Notes under the pieces: generated by a model
Told to the model about the DNA's origin: nothing
The model's database searches: none
The model's input: the letters and a program-made list of their open reading frames with translations, nothing else
Sequence record: MH221129.1
Length of the DNA: 64,000 nucleotides
Strand: one strand, 5' to 3'
In this document: piece by piece, positions 26,563-34,869 of the stretch
How positions within the stretch are numbered: the stretch's first letter is position 1
Layout of the letters: the number at the start of each line of letters is the position of its first letter
Position numbers and translations under genes: made by a program

Positions 26563-28316
26563 ATACGTTCCTTATCTAAAGTTCGTAGTGTTTCCCCACG
26601 AATATCCCAGACTGGATGCTGCGATGAATCGTACAGCGCCGGTTGGAATATTTCATGCACGATGTCTGCTAAACGACGCGCACCTAAATCATCAACACGG
26701 TTGGCCTCAACAGTACGTTCAGCAATGTACTGGTAAGTGTCCATGTCGTATTTAGTTTCTACGTTGTCGGTTTTCAGCAGCTTCATCATGCCGTGGAACT
26801 CACTGTTGTCGAGTTTGCAGATGGCAATGAGCGCACCTTCGTCCAATGGTTCCATCTGAGCACGTAGTGGGAAACGTCCTTGTAGCTCTGGCATTAACTT
26901 CGACGGAGGGGCGTCTGCGAAGCTCCCTGCAGCCACGAAAAGAATATTGGTAGTATCGATGCCGTGATAGTTTCCGCCTTCTACAAGCTTTAACAGACCG
27001 CGTTGTACGCCACTACGCGATACATGGCTATTCGAGCTACCACCCCGCTCAATAAGTTTGTCAAACTCATCTAAGAACACCACCGCAAAGTTCTCAACGA
27101 AGTCATGCCCGTTACAGTTAGGCAGCTTTTTGAGGTCTTGGCGGTTGATTGTTTCTTTTTCCGGTTCGGGTTCTTTCTTGATTTCGTAGGACCACGGACG
27201 TGGGTCAGCGTATTTGGTAAATTCCGGAGAACCCTCAAAGGTGTTGTCCCACCATTCGCACCACTTTTCAGGTGTTTCTAATCGCCGTAGCATGTCGAAA
27301 GTAAAACTGGTCGCGTCACGCGGTATCCAATTAATACCCGCTGGCTCCACACCCTCTTCATTGCCATCGAAAGTATCAAAGCCGTCCCAGAAATGCGAAC
27401 CGTCCGCACAAGACAAGTCCAGATTACTCGACATTAATTCTTGACCACAATCGATGTACATGTCGACGTGTTCCCCGATGGCCATCAGCGACATAATCTC
27501 AGCCATAAACGCTAACGCGCCAGGCCCTTCGCCACCCATAATCTCATCGAGGCGTTGGTCGACGTTATTCGTATTCAAGAAGTCCGTTATAGAATCCAGA
27601 CCAAACATCGTCTGCACCATTTCGGTGATAACCGTCAACCACTCCTGAACAGTACGACCGCCAAGGATAACTTCGTAAATATCAAAGTCGTCGTACCCCA
27701 TTGAGTGCTCGTGGCAATAGCCGACCATGAACGCACGCAAACAGTAAATGTCCTGAATTTCCTCGTAGAGATCTTTCTCATCGAGAATACCCTGTCGACG
27801 CAATAGCGCGGTGTGGTCGCGTTTAGCTTGAATTTCTAGCTGACGCTCCGCATCCCGCTCGTTTCGCTCACGCTCGACTTGTTTGCGAGATTCTTTCTCC
27901 CATTGGTCACGCGTCAAACGACCGTCCTGTTCTTCCTTCTCTACTTTGCGACGGGTACGCATTTCGATATACCAGTCGGGAAGATGGACAGAGCCGGCCA
28001 GCTCAGCAAGGTCCTTGCCGATTGATGTCACCTCACGACCCACATACCCGCTCTCGGTATATGCCGTCATGTCAAGTTCCAGGACAGGTAAACCGAACTG
28101 TGTTTTCAGCACGCGCATTAACGCAGTCTTACCCGTACCAGTAGGCCCCACAATCAACAAGTTTTGTTTGTGGACGGATAGGCGGTCAGGTGCATTGAGT
28201 TTGTTCACGCGATAACGGTTACGCATCGCGATGGCTAACATCTTCTTCGCTTGCATTTGCCCGTAGACGTATCGGTCGAAAATCTTGACGATCTCGACCG
28301 GAGTTAATTTCTCCAT
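26556..28316 (-). CDS. hslU: HslU-like AAA+ ATPase (586 aa) with unrelated large I-domain
   Basis: LTPVEIV..GQ..AKK..AIAMRNR, Walker A GPTGTGKT, GYVG, Walker B VFLDEFDK, GVQRGLL, PELQGRFP, GARRL all match HslU. Confidence 0.9.
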   Translation of the reverse strand: MEKLTPVEIVKIFDRYVYGQMQAKKMLAIAMRNRYRVNKLNAPDRLSVHKQNLLIVGPTGTGKTALMRVLKTQFGLPVLELDMTAYTESGYVGREVTSIGKDLAELAGSVHLPDWYIEMRTRRKVEKEEQDGRLTRDQWEKESRKQVERERNERDAERQLEIQAKRDHTALLRRQGILDEKDLYEEIQDIYCLRAFMVGYCHEHSMGYDDFDIYEVILGGRTVQEWLTVITEMVQTMFGLDSITDFLNTNNVDQRLDEIMGGEGPGALAFMAEIMSLMAIGEHVDMYIDCGQELMSSNLDLSCADGSHFWDGFDTFDGNEEGVEPAGINWIPRDATSFTFDMLRRLETPEKWCEWWDNTFEGSPEFTKYADPRPWSYEIKKEPEPEKETINRQDLKKLPNCNGHDFVENFAVVFLDEFDKLIERGGSSNSHVSRSGVQRGLLKLVEGGNYHGIDTTNILFVAAGSFADAPPSKLMPELQGRFPLRAQMEPLDEGALIAICKLDNSEFHGMMKLLKTDNVETKYDMDTYQYIAERTVEANRVDDLGARRLADIVHEIFQPALYDSSQHPVWDIRGETLRTLDKERIC

Positions 28317-28327
28317 GATGGCCCCTA

Positions 28328-28813
28328 TTAGTCTCGTTTACGGATGAACGTCATCTCACCCTGCCGCGGCTGTAGTTCGTTCACCAAATCCCACGTTTCA
28401 ATTTGTTGGATAAGATTGTCGCTATCCAACGTCTTACGGGCAGAGAGCAACGCACCTTTGTTAATGATACAATGAACCAGTGCGTCGTGCTTGTGTACGA
28501 ATCCGGGAACAAAACGACCACTAACGACCACACGATCTTCTGTTACGGTAACCCGACCATCCTGTATACTCCCACAAGCATTTTCAGGAACAACCGTACG
28601 CCAGCGATGCACAGTCCTCAGTATACCTGTTCGGGTTTCCACAGGGTGTCCGTATTCGCACACCGCTGTGCCGTTCAACAGGCGACGGAAAGCACTTTCA
28701 GGATGTTCATAGTCAGCGAAAGCGACCCGTGGTAAATCTAACAACACCCCGCTCACTTCCATGCTCGACAGAAAAGCATCAAAGTCTGGAGCATGTACCA
28801 TTTCAAGCTTCAT
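28328..28813 (-). CDS. Degenerate paralog of phiKZ-type (S80) prohead protease
   Basis: CEYGHP, R..V..ENAC, LSARK, IETWDLVNE. Confidence 0.55.
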   Translation of the reverse strand: MKLEMVHAPDFDAFLSSMEVSGVLLDLPRVAFADYEHPESAFRRLLNGTAVCEYGHPVETRTGILRTVHRWRTVVPENACGSIQDGRVTVTEDRVVVSGRFVPGFVHKHDALVHCIINKGALLSARKTLDSDNLIQQIETWDLVNELQPRQGEMTFIRKRD

Positions 28814-28815
28814 GC

Positions 28816-29466
28816 TTACCCCTCTAATATTGTTTCAGCAACCTTCCGATATTCATCCGTACGGTTAATGCGTTCAGACACCACGCAGTTAAACTTACGA
28901 TGGTCAACCAGCAACATCATGGCCAGTTCTTGACGACTCACAATGAGTTTGTCTTCCGGCCAATGGGTATCGCGTTCCAGTAAACCGGAAGCGATGAAGT
29001 TTTCTGCCAACCGGTCATCAGACTCTGCGAGGTCGTAATGATCGTTAGGCGCAGCAAAGAATGCCCAGCCAATATAGTTCGGATCGTTCATCCACTCTTC
29101 TGGTTTGGTGTGCTCAACCAGATGGCGCACGTTCTCTGTGAAGTCACTTAGGGTGAAGTCAGTCTGCGACATGATGGCGGTATCCATTTGGATTTCACCA
29201 TCGTTATCGTAGAAATGCCCCATCCACATTTTCCATTCCCGTGGGTCATGGAACAACGTAGAAGCTAGAGCATCACTAACCACCCGACGAATCTGCGGCT
29301 TCACGGTGAAGTGGAAACCACGACCACCGTACGGCTGCAATTGACGGTTAGACGCGCCGATAAACGCGATACGGTTCAGCGCGTTTTCACACGTTAAGCG
29401 TGCGGTTTCTTCGAAGGCTTTAACAGGACTATATTTTTTAGTGCGGGCTTTTTTCTGCTTGCTCAT
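28816..29466 (-). CDS. Hypothetical protein with KKARTKKYSP basic N-terminus
   Basis: ORF track. Confidence 0.75.
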   Translation of the reverse strand: MSKQKKARTKKYSPVKAFEETARLTCENALNRIAFIGASNRQLQPYGGRGFHFTVKPQIRRVVSDALASTLFHDPREWKMWMGHFYDNDGEIQMDTAIMSQTDFTLSDFTENVRHLVEHTKPEEWMNDPNYIGWAFFAAPNDHYDLAESDDRLAENFIASGLLERDTHWPEDKLIVSRQELAMMLLVDHRKFNCVVSERINRTDEYRKVAETILEG

Positions 29467-29945
29467 TTTTTGCGGAATACCTTGTATGCTGCGTCATTAA
29501 GAATTTTACGAACCTTGCGAAGGGTCGGTTCCGTGTGAGTATACTCGTAAGAGATTTTCCAGGCGTTGTACGTGTCTTTCAACGTCAAGTCTTCTACGAA
29601 GTACATCGTCTCTAGCGGGGCATCGGGGTAGATCAACCGACACATCGAGAGCAACCACAACGGGGCCAACTCGCTCCCCATGAGTTCTTCCATAAACTCA
29701 TCTAACAGCGGGAGTGCTTCTGCACCTAACGCCAAGACGATATGGCAGTTCCCTGGTACGTTCTTTTTGGAGTAAGGGCCATGCCCTTGACAGGCCCACA
29801 CGGTGGTTGCTAACGGGTGTTTGTTGATAACCCTACAGGTATCTTCCACACCCTTCTCAATCCATCCTTCATCGAGCGCTTTAAACGTTCGTCGTTTGAA
29901 TTTGTTCAAGTCCCGGACCCCGACGCTACCGTAACGGTGCTTCAT
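29463..29945 (-). CDS. Hypothetical protein, TVWACQGH motif
   Basis: ORF track; paralog of 29973..30437. Confidence 0.7.
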   Translation of the reverse strand: MKHRYGSVGVRDLNKFKRRTFKALDEGWIEKGVEDTCRVINKHPLATTVWACQGHGPYSKKNVPGNCHIVLALGAEALPLLDEFMEELMGSELAPLWLLSMCRLIYPDAPLETMYFVEDLTLKDTYNAWKISYEYTHTEPTLRKVRKILNDAAYKVFRKK

Positions 29946-29972
29946 GTTAATTCTCCTTAAGGGTGTCTACAT

Positions 29973-30437
29973 TTAAAGGTCGTTATTTGTAAAAACTGCG
30001 ATAGCCAGCCAATGCTTCATTACAGATTCGACCACATCAGGTTCGGGGCGGTAGTTCAGACGGAATACCCAGGCTGGGTACGTTTCTGTCCGGGTGTCTT
30101 CTTTAAAGAGATGCTGTGTTGTAATCTGCATCCGGTTATGGAGTTCGTGTTTCTGCCACTCTTCAGCAATCCGGCTTATCAACGGCAGACCAGCTTCGGT
30201 ACAAACAAACGTGAGGCTATGTGGACGGCGGGTACGGTACTTTTCGCCTTCCAGACGTACTTCACCAGTGAATGCCCAAACGGTAGCGATATGCGGCCAT
30301 TTAAGAAACGCTTCCACAACAGCACGCATACGTGGGTCAACGGGTTTATCAGCATTCAGCGCGAGGGTAGTGCGCTGTTTGTACGCGGCCAATTCCGCTT
30401 CACTGACTACTGAATATTTAAACATAACGATTCCCAA
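29973..30437 (-). CDS. Hypothetical protein, ATVWAFTG motif
   Basis: ORF track; paralog of 29463..29945. Confidence 0.7.
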   Translation of the reverse strand: MGIVMFKYSVVSEAELAAYKQRTTLALNADKPVDPRMRAVVEAFLKWPHIATVWAFTGEVRLEGEKYRTRRPHSLTFVCTEAGLPLISRIAEEWQKHELHNRMQITTQHLFKEDTRTETYPAWVFRLNYRPEPDVVESVMKHWLAIAVFTNNDL

Positions 30438-30458
30438 TTTTAGGATTAAAAAGAATAG

Positions 30459-30484
30459 CCCTACCTAACCGGAGTTAGGTAGGG
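30459..30484 (-). terminator. Terminator, 11-bp stem
   Basis: CCCTACCTAAC-cgga-GTTAGGTAGGG with A-rich tract on plus. Confidence 0.8.
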
Positions 30485-30490
30485 ACTAGA

Positions 30491-30817
30491 TTACGCTGTA
30501 GTAAGCTTGCCTTTTGCACGGGCTTTGCCTGCAACAGATTTTGGTTCTGCTTTCCGTCCTGCTTTTCCTTTGGCAGGGATGGTATCCACGGGTACATCTG
30601 CCACGAGTGGCTTTTCGGTGCCATTCGCCAGCAGGACACGAAGATTGCGAGCTTGCGGCAAACCACGGAAGATAATGGTCAAGCCTTTACGAAGACCTTT
30701 AAACAGAAACCCGTCGAGTTTCAGTTTCTTAGCCGCCGCTTCTTTCCCGCCTTCCGTCTTCTCCACGTACAGCAGAGTAGCACCTTTACGTTCTACAATT
30801 TCGTACTGTTTAGCCAT
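30491..30817 (-). CDS. Small very basic protein with K/A-rich tail (108 aa)
   Basis: ORF track; AAGGA RBS; own promoter and terminator. Confidence 0.8.
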   Translation of the reverse strand: MAKQYEIVERKGATLLYVEKTEGGKEAAAKKLKLDGFLFKGLRKGLTIIFRGLPQARNLRVLLANGTEKPLVADVPVDTIPAKGKAGRKAEPKSVAGKARAKGKLTTA

Positions 30818-30843
30818 CTTGTATTTCCTTCCAAACGGTTAGT

Positions 30844-30869
30844 ATCAACAAAATAACATCTATCTGAAA
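30844..30869 (-). promoter_or_regulatory. Early promoter variant TTTCAGATAGATGTTAT
   Basis: 17-bp core matches the motif; downstream GTGA absent. Confidence 0.55.
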
Positions 30870-30878
30870 AGTCGTGCG

Positions 30879-31211
30879 TTATGTCATCATTTCTAAGCGC
30901 ACATACTCTTTACGGCTGCGATGAATCTGCGCCATAATCCGATGATGTACACGGTCAATGAGCAGAGTCTCGTTTACACGTGGGATAAAACGAAAGATGT
31001 TTAACGGCAGTGTAAACTCAACTCCAGTCACAAGATTAGTCAATGTCATTACTTCATCGTTGAAGCTTACAACTTCTGCGACCACAGAACGATCTGCTAT
31101 ATCACCACCCAACGGTGGTGTGAACGCGTGCATAAATCGCACATGCAGTTCCTGGCAGTTTAAATTAGGCTCAGTGGGGCTTAGGTTCAATGTGGATACG
31201 TCCGTACGCAT
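30879..31211 (-). CDS. Hypothetical protein (probable start MRTDV)
   Basis: ORF 30879..31301 trimmed to reduce overlap. Confidence 0.55.
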   Translation of the reverse strand: MRTDVSTLNLSPTEPNLNCQELHVRFMHAFTPPLGGDIADRSVVAEVVSFNDEVMTLTNLVTGVEFTLPLNIFRFIPRVNETLLIDRVHHRIMAQIHRSRKEYVRLEMMT

Positions 31212-31509
31212 ATGCGGTGCCTGCAGCATTAGTAGGATTGGCGACACACCACTTCCACTGTTTGGTTTCTTTGTCCTGCCAAGAGAACAACAGTGAGCCA
31301 TCGCGGATTTCCGATGCGTCGACTTCTGGGTGGAACAGCATGAATTCGTTTTCGTTGTCGTCTACAACGACGTACTGACCTTCTTCCATGCGGTCGAATT
31401 TGGTCACCCCAACTTCAATGGTGTCCGCGACCAGAACGTTATCCGTTTGTGTAACGGAGAATGTTTCGTTACGTTTCGGCAGGTCACGATGAATAGCACT
31501 TAGCCACAT
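31171..31509 (-). CDS. Hypothetical protein (112 aa)
   Basis: ORF track; GAGGA RBS. Confidence 0.7.
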   Translation of the reverse strand: MWLSAIHRDLPKRNETFSVTQTDNVLVADTIEVGVTKFDRMEEGQYVVVDDNENEFMLFHPEVDASEIRDGSLLFSWQDKETKQWKWCVANPTNAAGTAYAYGRIHIEPKPH

Positions 31510-31576
31510 GTTCTTAATTCCTCATTCAATTGTGTGGTTTTCACATATATTTACGTTGGGATGTAAAAAAGAAGTT

Positions 31577-31600
31577 CCTCCTCACCCGTGGGCAAGGAGG
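31577..31600 (-). terminator. Probable terminator
   Basis: CCTCCT...AGGAGG stem with A-tract 31565-31570 on plus. Confidence 0.55.
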
Positions 31601-31606
31601 TAAACC

Positions 31607-32101
31607 TTACAGCTGGTTCTCTTCGCGGTCGTCGGTCAGAATGGCTGCACAGATAAAGCGTGCCAAGCGCATTCGTGCTTCACGCACCTGCTCGTCGGTA
31701 GGATTCGGATCAACCGGTGCCGCCAGGGTGATATCGCTCAACTCTTCAGCGTACTTCTCGGCAGCCTCGTCAAACGTGTTGCGTATCGTCGCCAGCATAT
31801 CCTGCACTTCATCGCTTGGTACTGGACCATCGATAAGAATTTTCTGTGCATCGGACGGCTCTACGGTAGCGAAGTTCATTTCGTTCAACATGCCGACATG
31901 CATGGCGTTAGTGGTGATGAGATTCGCCAACACTTTTTCAAAGCGGTTGATAAACTCATCGTCCAACGGCTGACCAGTCAGTAGCTCGTAGTAGCGGGCC
32001 ATAAAAGTATTAGCGTCGTACTTTTCCTCGTGCCGCACTTCTAAATCAAAGTTGTGCTGAGGGAGCTGACCTAATTCGATCATATCCATAGTTAACCTCA
32101 A
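31607..32101 (-). CDS. Acidic hypothetical protein (~160 aa)
   Basis: ORF track. Confidence 0.75.
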   Translation of the reverse strand: MRLTMDMIELGQLPQHNFDLEVRHEEKYDANTFMARYYELLTGQPLDDEFINRFEKVLANLITTNAMHVGMLNEMNFATVEPSDAQKILIDGPVPSDEVQDMLATIRNTFDEAAEKYAEELSDITLAAPVDPNPTDEQVREARMRLARFICAAILTDDREENQL

Positions 32102-32129
32102 CGGTGTTTAAGGGTCATACAATGACGAA

Positions 32130-32408
32130 TTACGCCGCTACTGGAACAGGAGTGATTAACAGCTCCCCTTCCACTTCATGCAGCTGGTAACCATACATGA
32201 CGTTGTAAGACTTAATCCCGTCGCGCTGTTTGGCTTTCGCAACAAGTTTCTCCAACACACGGCTGTGTGCACGAGTCATTTCATCTTTCGAATAAACGAT
32301 CTGTAACACATGCTGCTCGTCGATTACGGCACGGAACTGCATCACGTTACCGTCTTCAACGTTGTAAACGACTTCTTTAGACTTTGACACTGTACGATTA
32401 ATCTGCAT
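32130..32408 (-). CDS. Hypothetical protein (92 aa)
   Basis: ORF track; GGAG RBS. Confidence 0.75.
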   Translation of the reverse strand: MQINRTVSKSKEVVYNVEDGNVMQFRAVIDEQHVLQIVYSKDEMTRAHSRVLEKLVAKAKQRDGIKSYNVMYGYQLHEVEGELLITPVPVAA

Positions 32409-33219
32409 TGTTCACTCCATTAGTAGGTTTAAGTTTACGTCCGTACAAATAACTTTCTGGTAACCAGCCGTGTTGTAGCAGATGCATTGCTTCGCACCCG
32501 CCTTCAAACTGGTGGTAAGTGTATACGACCTGATCGCCTTTAGGTAAAGACGAAAGGATACAATCGACGAAGCATTGAAAACGCGCGGTGCTCAGTCGTA
32601 ATGTTTTACCTTGGTCATCAAAAGGTTTCCCGACAATCCAACGGTTATTATCTGTGGATGTCGAGATGACCGTGCCACAAAAACCTTGCGAGTCACGCAT
32701 GGATACCAGTCGACCGCCGGTAAGCATGATATCGTAGATGCTGCTTTTGCCATAAACCATTGCAACCCAGCTCATAAACTCTTCACGGCTGTCGAACGCC
32801 TCTTCTAAAGAAGGGCAGAACGAGACGTCCGGTGTAACAGGTTTAGGGTTATGGATAGAATAGTTAACGGTGGAGCAGTGGAAGCCCATTCGTGAATACT
32901 CTTCGCCCTCTTCGCGGGTATAGTGTATCACGTAATTGCGATTGGCTGCGCGGAGAAGCGACTCTGCCAATGTGTGCAAACGGGCATCCAGGGAACGGGT
33001 CATGTTGATGATTTCTAACATGTACCCGTGGTCCAGGCACAACACCGTGGCATCGGGTGCCACATGGTCACGACTGAACACCTCAAAGACACGATAGTAC
33101 AGACGACGTTCGTCACGCATGACGCTTATTTCGATGTCGTCCAGAAAGGATAGCGATTGGCGGTCTTCCAACCAATCCCTGTCCAGCATCTTTTCAGTAC
33201 GTTCCACGACCTTAAGCAT
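32398..33219 (-). CDS. Degenerate tandem GNAT-fold protein (273 aa)
   Basis: Two motif-B-like segments (EEYSRMGF, HLLQHGW) spaced about one domain apart; no QxxGxG motif A. Confidence 0.4.
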   Translation of the reverse strand: MLKVVERTEKMLDRDWLEDRQSLSFLDDIEISVMRDERRLYYRVFEVFSRDHVAPDATVLCLDHGYMLEIINMTRSLDARLHTLAESLLRAANRNYVIHYTREEGEEYSRMGFHCSTVNYSIHNPKPVTPDVSFCPSLEEAFDSREEFMSWVAMVYGKSSIYDIMLTGGRLVSMRDSQGFCGTVISTSTDNNRWIVGKPFDDQGKTLRLSTARFQCFVDCILSSLPKGDQVVYTYHQFEGGCEAMHLLQHGWLPESYLYGRKLKPTNGVNNAD

Positions 33220-33228
33220 AAAGACTCC

Positions 33229-34038
33229 TTACGCGAGGGTATAATGGTGCGTTATCACACGGCACTCCAGTCCAGGTATTTCTGGCATTTCGTGCTCAAT
33301 CGCGACCCCCATATTGACCTTCTTACCTTTGGTGCACGCCAGCCAAAGAATCTCTTTGAAATGTTTCATGAACTCTTGTGAGTAGCGAATAGGTTCAAGC
33401 GTCTGGCAACAGAACTGTTCTGTGACGATGCTGCGAGGAAATTCCTTATACAACATCAGTGAGAACGGTCTGTCGTTTTCTAGGCCTACGAACGCCGATA
33501 CAAATCCCATGGAAAGTTCTTGCAGCATTTCCCGCGCCCCTTCGTCTTTTAACGTTGGACGCATCAAATAACAAACGTCTGCGGTCTGTTCGAGATTCAA
33601 TGACTCTAGTGTCACTACAGAGCCGTCTGCGACGTACCCGTATTCTTTAGACACGGTAATTTCAACACGCTTTGTGACCGCTTCAAAACCTAACTGTTGA
33701 TACAGCGCAGCGTGTTCAGTGTCGTGTGGCAGACAACTGATGTCGAGCACCGACACTTCAAGCAATCGCATCAGCCGTTTCCACTCGTGGAATAAGGGGT
33801 CAGATAGTACATGCAGCTCGTAGATGTAGTACACCGTGCCCGATTTGTTACCCCGGAAATACATCTGCGCCTTTCCAGAGTTACTGAAGACGAGCCAATG
33901 GTCGTCACCGTCACCGTCACCGTTCATCGGACGTAGTGACTGAATCCGTTCACGCATTCTCCCCAACGTGATCAAACGACCACTGAATTCCACGGTGAGG
34001 TCGTTCTTGTCCATCCCGTGTAAATTAAATAGTTGCAT
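33229..34038 (-). CDS. Degenerate tandem GNAT-fold protein (269 aa)
   Basis: HAALYQQLGFE motif-B-like; no motif A. Confidence 0.45.
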   Translation of the reverse strand: MQLFNLHGMDKNDLTVEFSGRLITLGRMRERIQSLRPMNGDGDGDDHWLVFSNSGKAQMYFRGNKSGTVYYIYELHVLSDPLFHEWKRLMRLLEVSVLDISCLPHDTEHAALYQQLGFEAVTKRVEITVSKEYGYVADGSVVTLESLNLEQTADVCYLMRPTLKDEGAREMLQELSMGFVSAFVGLENDRPFSLMLYKEFPRSIVTEQFCCQTLEPIRYSQEFMKHFKEILWLACTKGKKVNMGVAIEHEMPEIPGLECRVITHHYTLA

Positions 34039-34047
34039 GGTTGTACC

Positions 34048-34866
34048 TTATAAGGTGCCGATAAGTTCTCCGACCGACTTACGTTTACTGGCGTCAGCAC
34101 TCATATACCGCCCGACCTGAATCTCACGCCATTTAAATCCGTAATAGATGTCCCGCGTCAACAACGTATCAGCGTTAGACAACACGACCTTGTTCCCATC
34201 AGCAGCTTGTTGCAAGAGAAGTTTCGCCAACTCGCGATGGTCAGCTTGTGAAAATTCTTTTTTGTGGTATTGTGCGTGCTTCGACGTATCCGATAACGGA
34301 ATGTACGGCGGATCAGCGTAGATAACCGAATTCGACGGGCAGTTATTTAACACCTGTCGGAAATCAGCACACAGTAGTTCAACATTGGCTTCTGAGCAAC
34401 GCTTTGCCCATGCCAGGATTTCTTCCTCTGGGAAATAAACCCCGTTTGGGTGCGCGCCGTACGGCACATTGAAACCGCCTGACTGGTTATAACGACACAG
34501 GCCATTATACCCGTGCCGGGTTAAGTACAGAAACGTCGCCGCATCCTTAAGGTTGGGTTTACCCGTCACGCCACGACTGTTAAACTCGTCGCGACGCTCC
34601 ATGTACTTGCAGCGATTTTCACCATCCTTAAACATCGCCTTCGCTTCTACTATCAGTGCTTCTGGCCTGTCCCGCGCTATCGTTAACAGCCCAATCAAAT
34701 CTGGATTGGTGTCTGACAATATATAGTTCGGGTACGTGGTGTTTAAGAATACTGAGCCTGCCCCAACGAATGGTTCGACGAAGTAATCTGCCTCAGGCAA
34801 CACTTTCAACAGCTCAGGCAGCACCCTCGTCTTTCCACCCATCCATTTTAAAATTGGTCGTATCAC
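34048..34866 (-). CDS. dam: DNA adenine methyltransferase, Dam family
   Basis: LKWMGGK, FVEPFVGAGSVF (motif I), YNGLCRYN..G.FNVPYG, IYADPPY (motif IV). Confidence 0.95.
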   Translation of the reverse strand: MIRPILKWMGGKTRVLPELLKVLPEADYFVEPFVGAGSVFLNTTYPNYILSDTNPDLIGLLTIARDRPEALIVEAKAMFKDGENRCKYMERRDEFNSRGVTGKPNLKDAATFLYLTRHGYNGLCRYNQSGGFNVPYGAHPNGVYFPEEEILAWAKRCSEANVELLCADFRQVLNNCPSNSVIYADPPYIPLSDTSKHAQYHKKEFSQADHRELAKLLLQQAADGNKVVLSNADTLLTRDIYYGFKWREIQVGRYMSADASKRKSVGELIGTL

Positions 34867-34869
34867 CCG

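Noticed and set aside
31530-31973. 147-aa plus-strand ORF opposite 31607..32101
   Set aside because: Antisense to a gene with typical phage composition; it starts across a terminator and has no RBS
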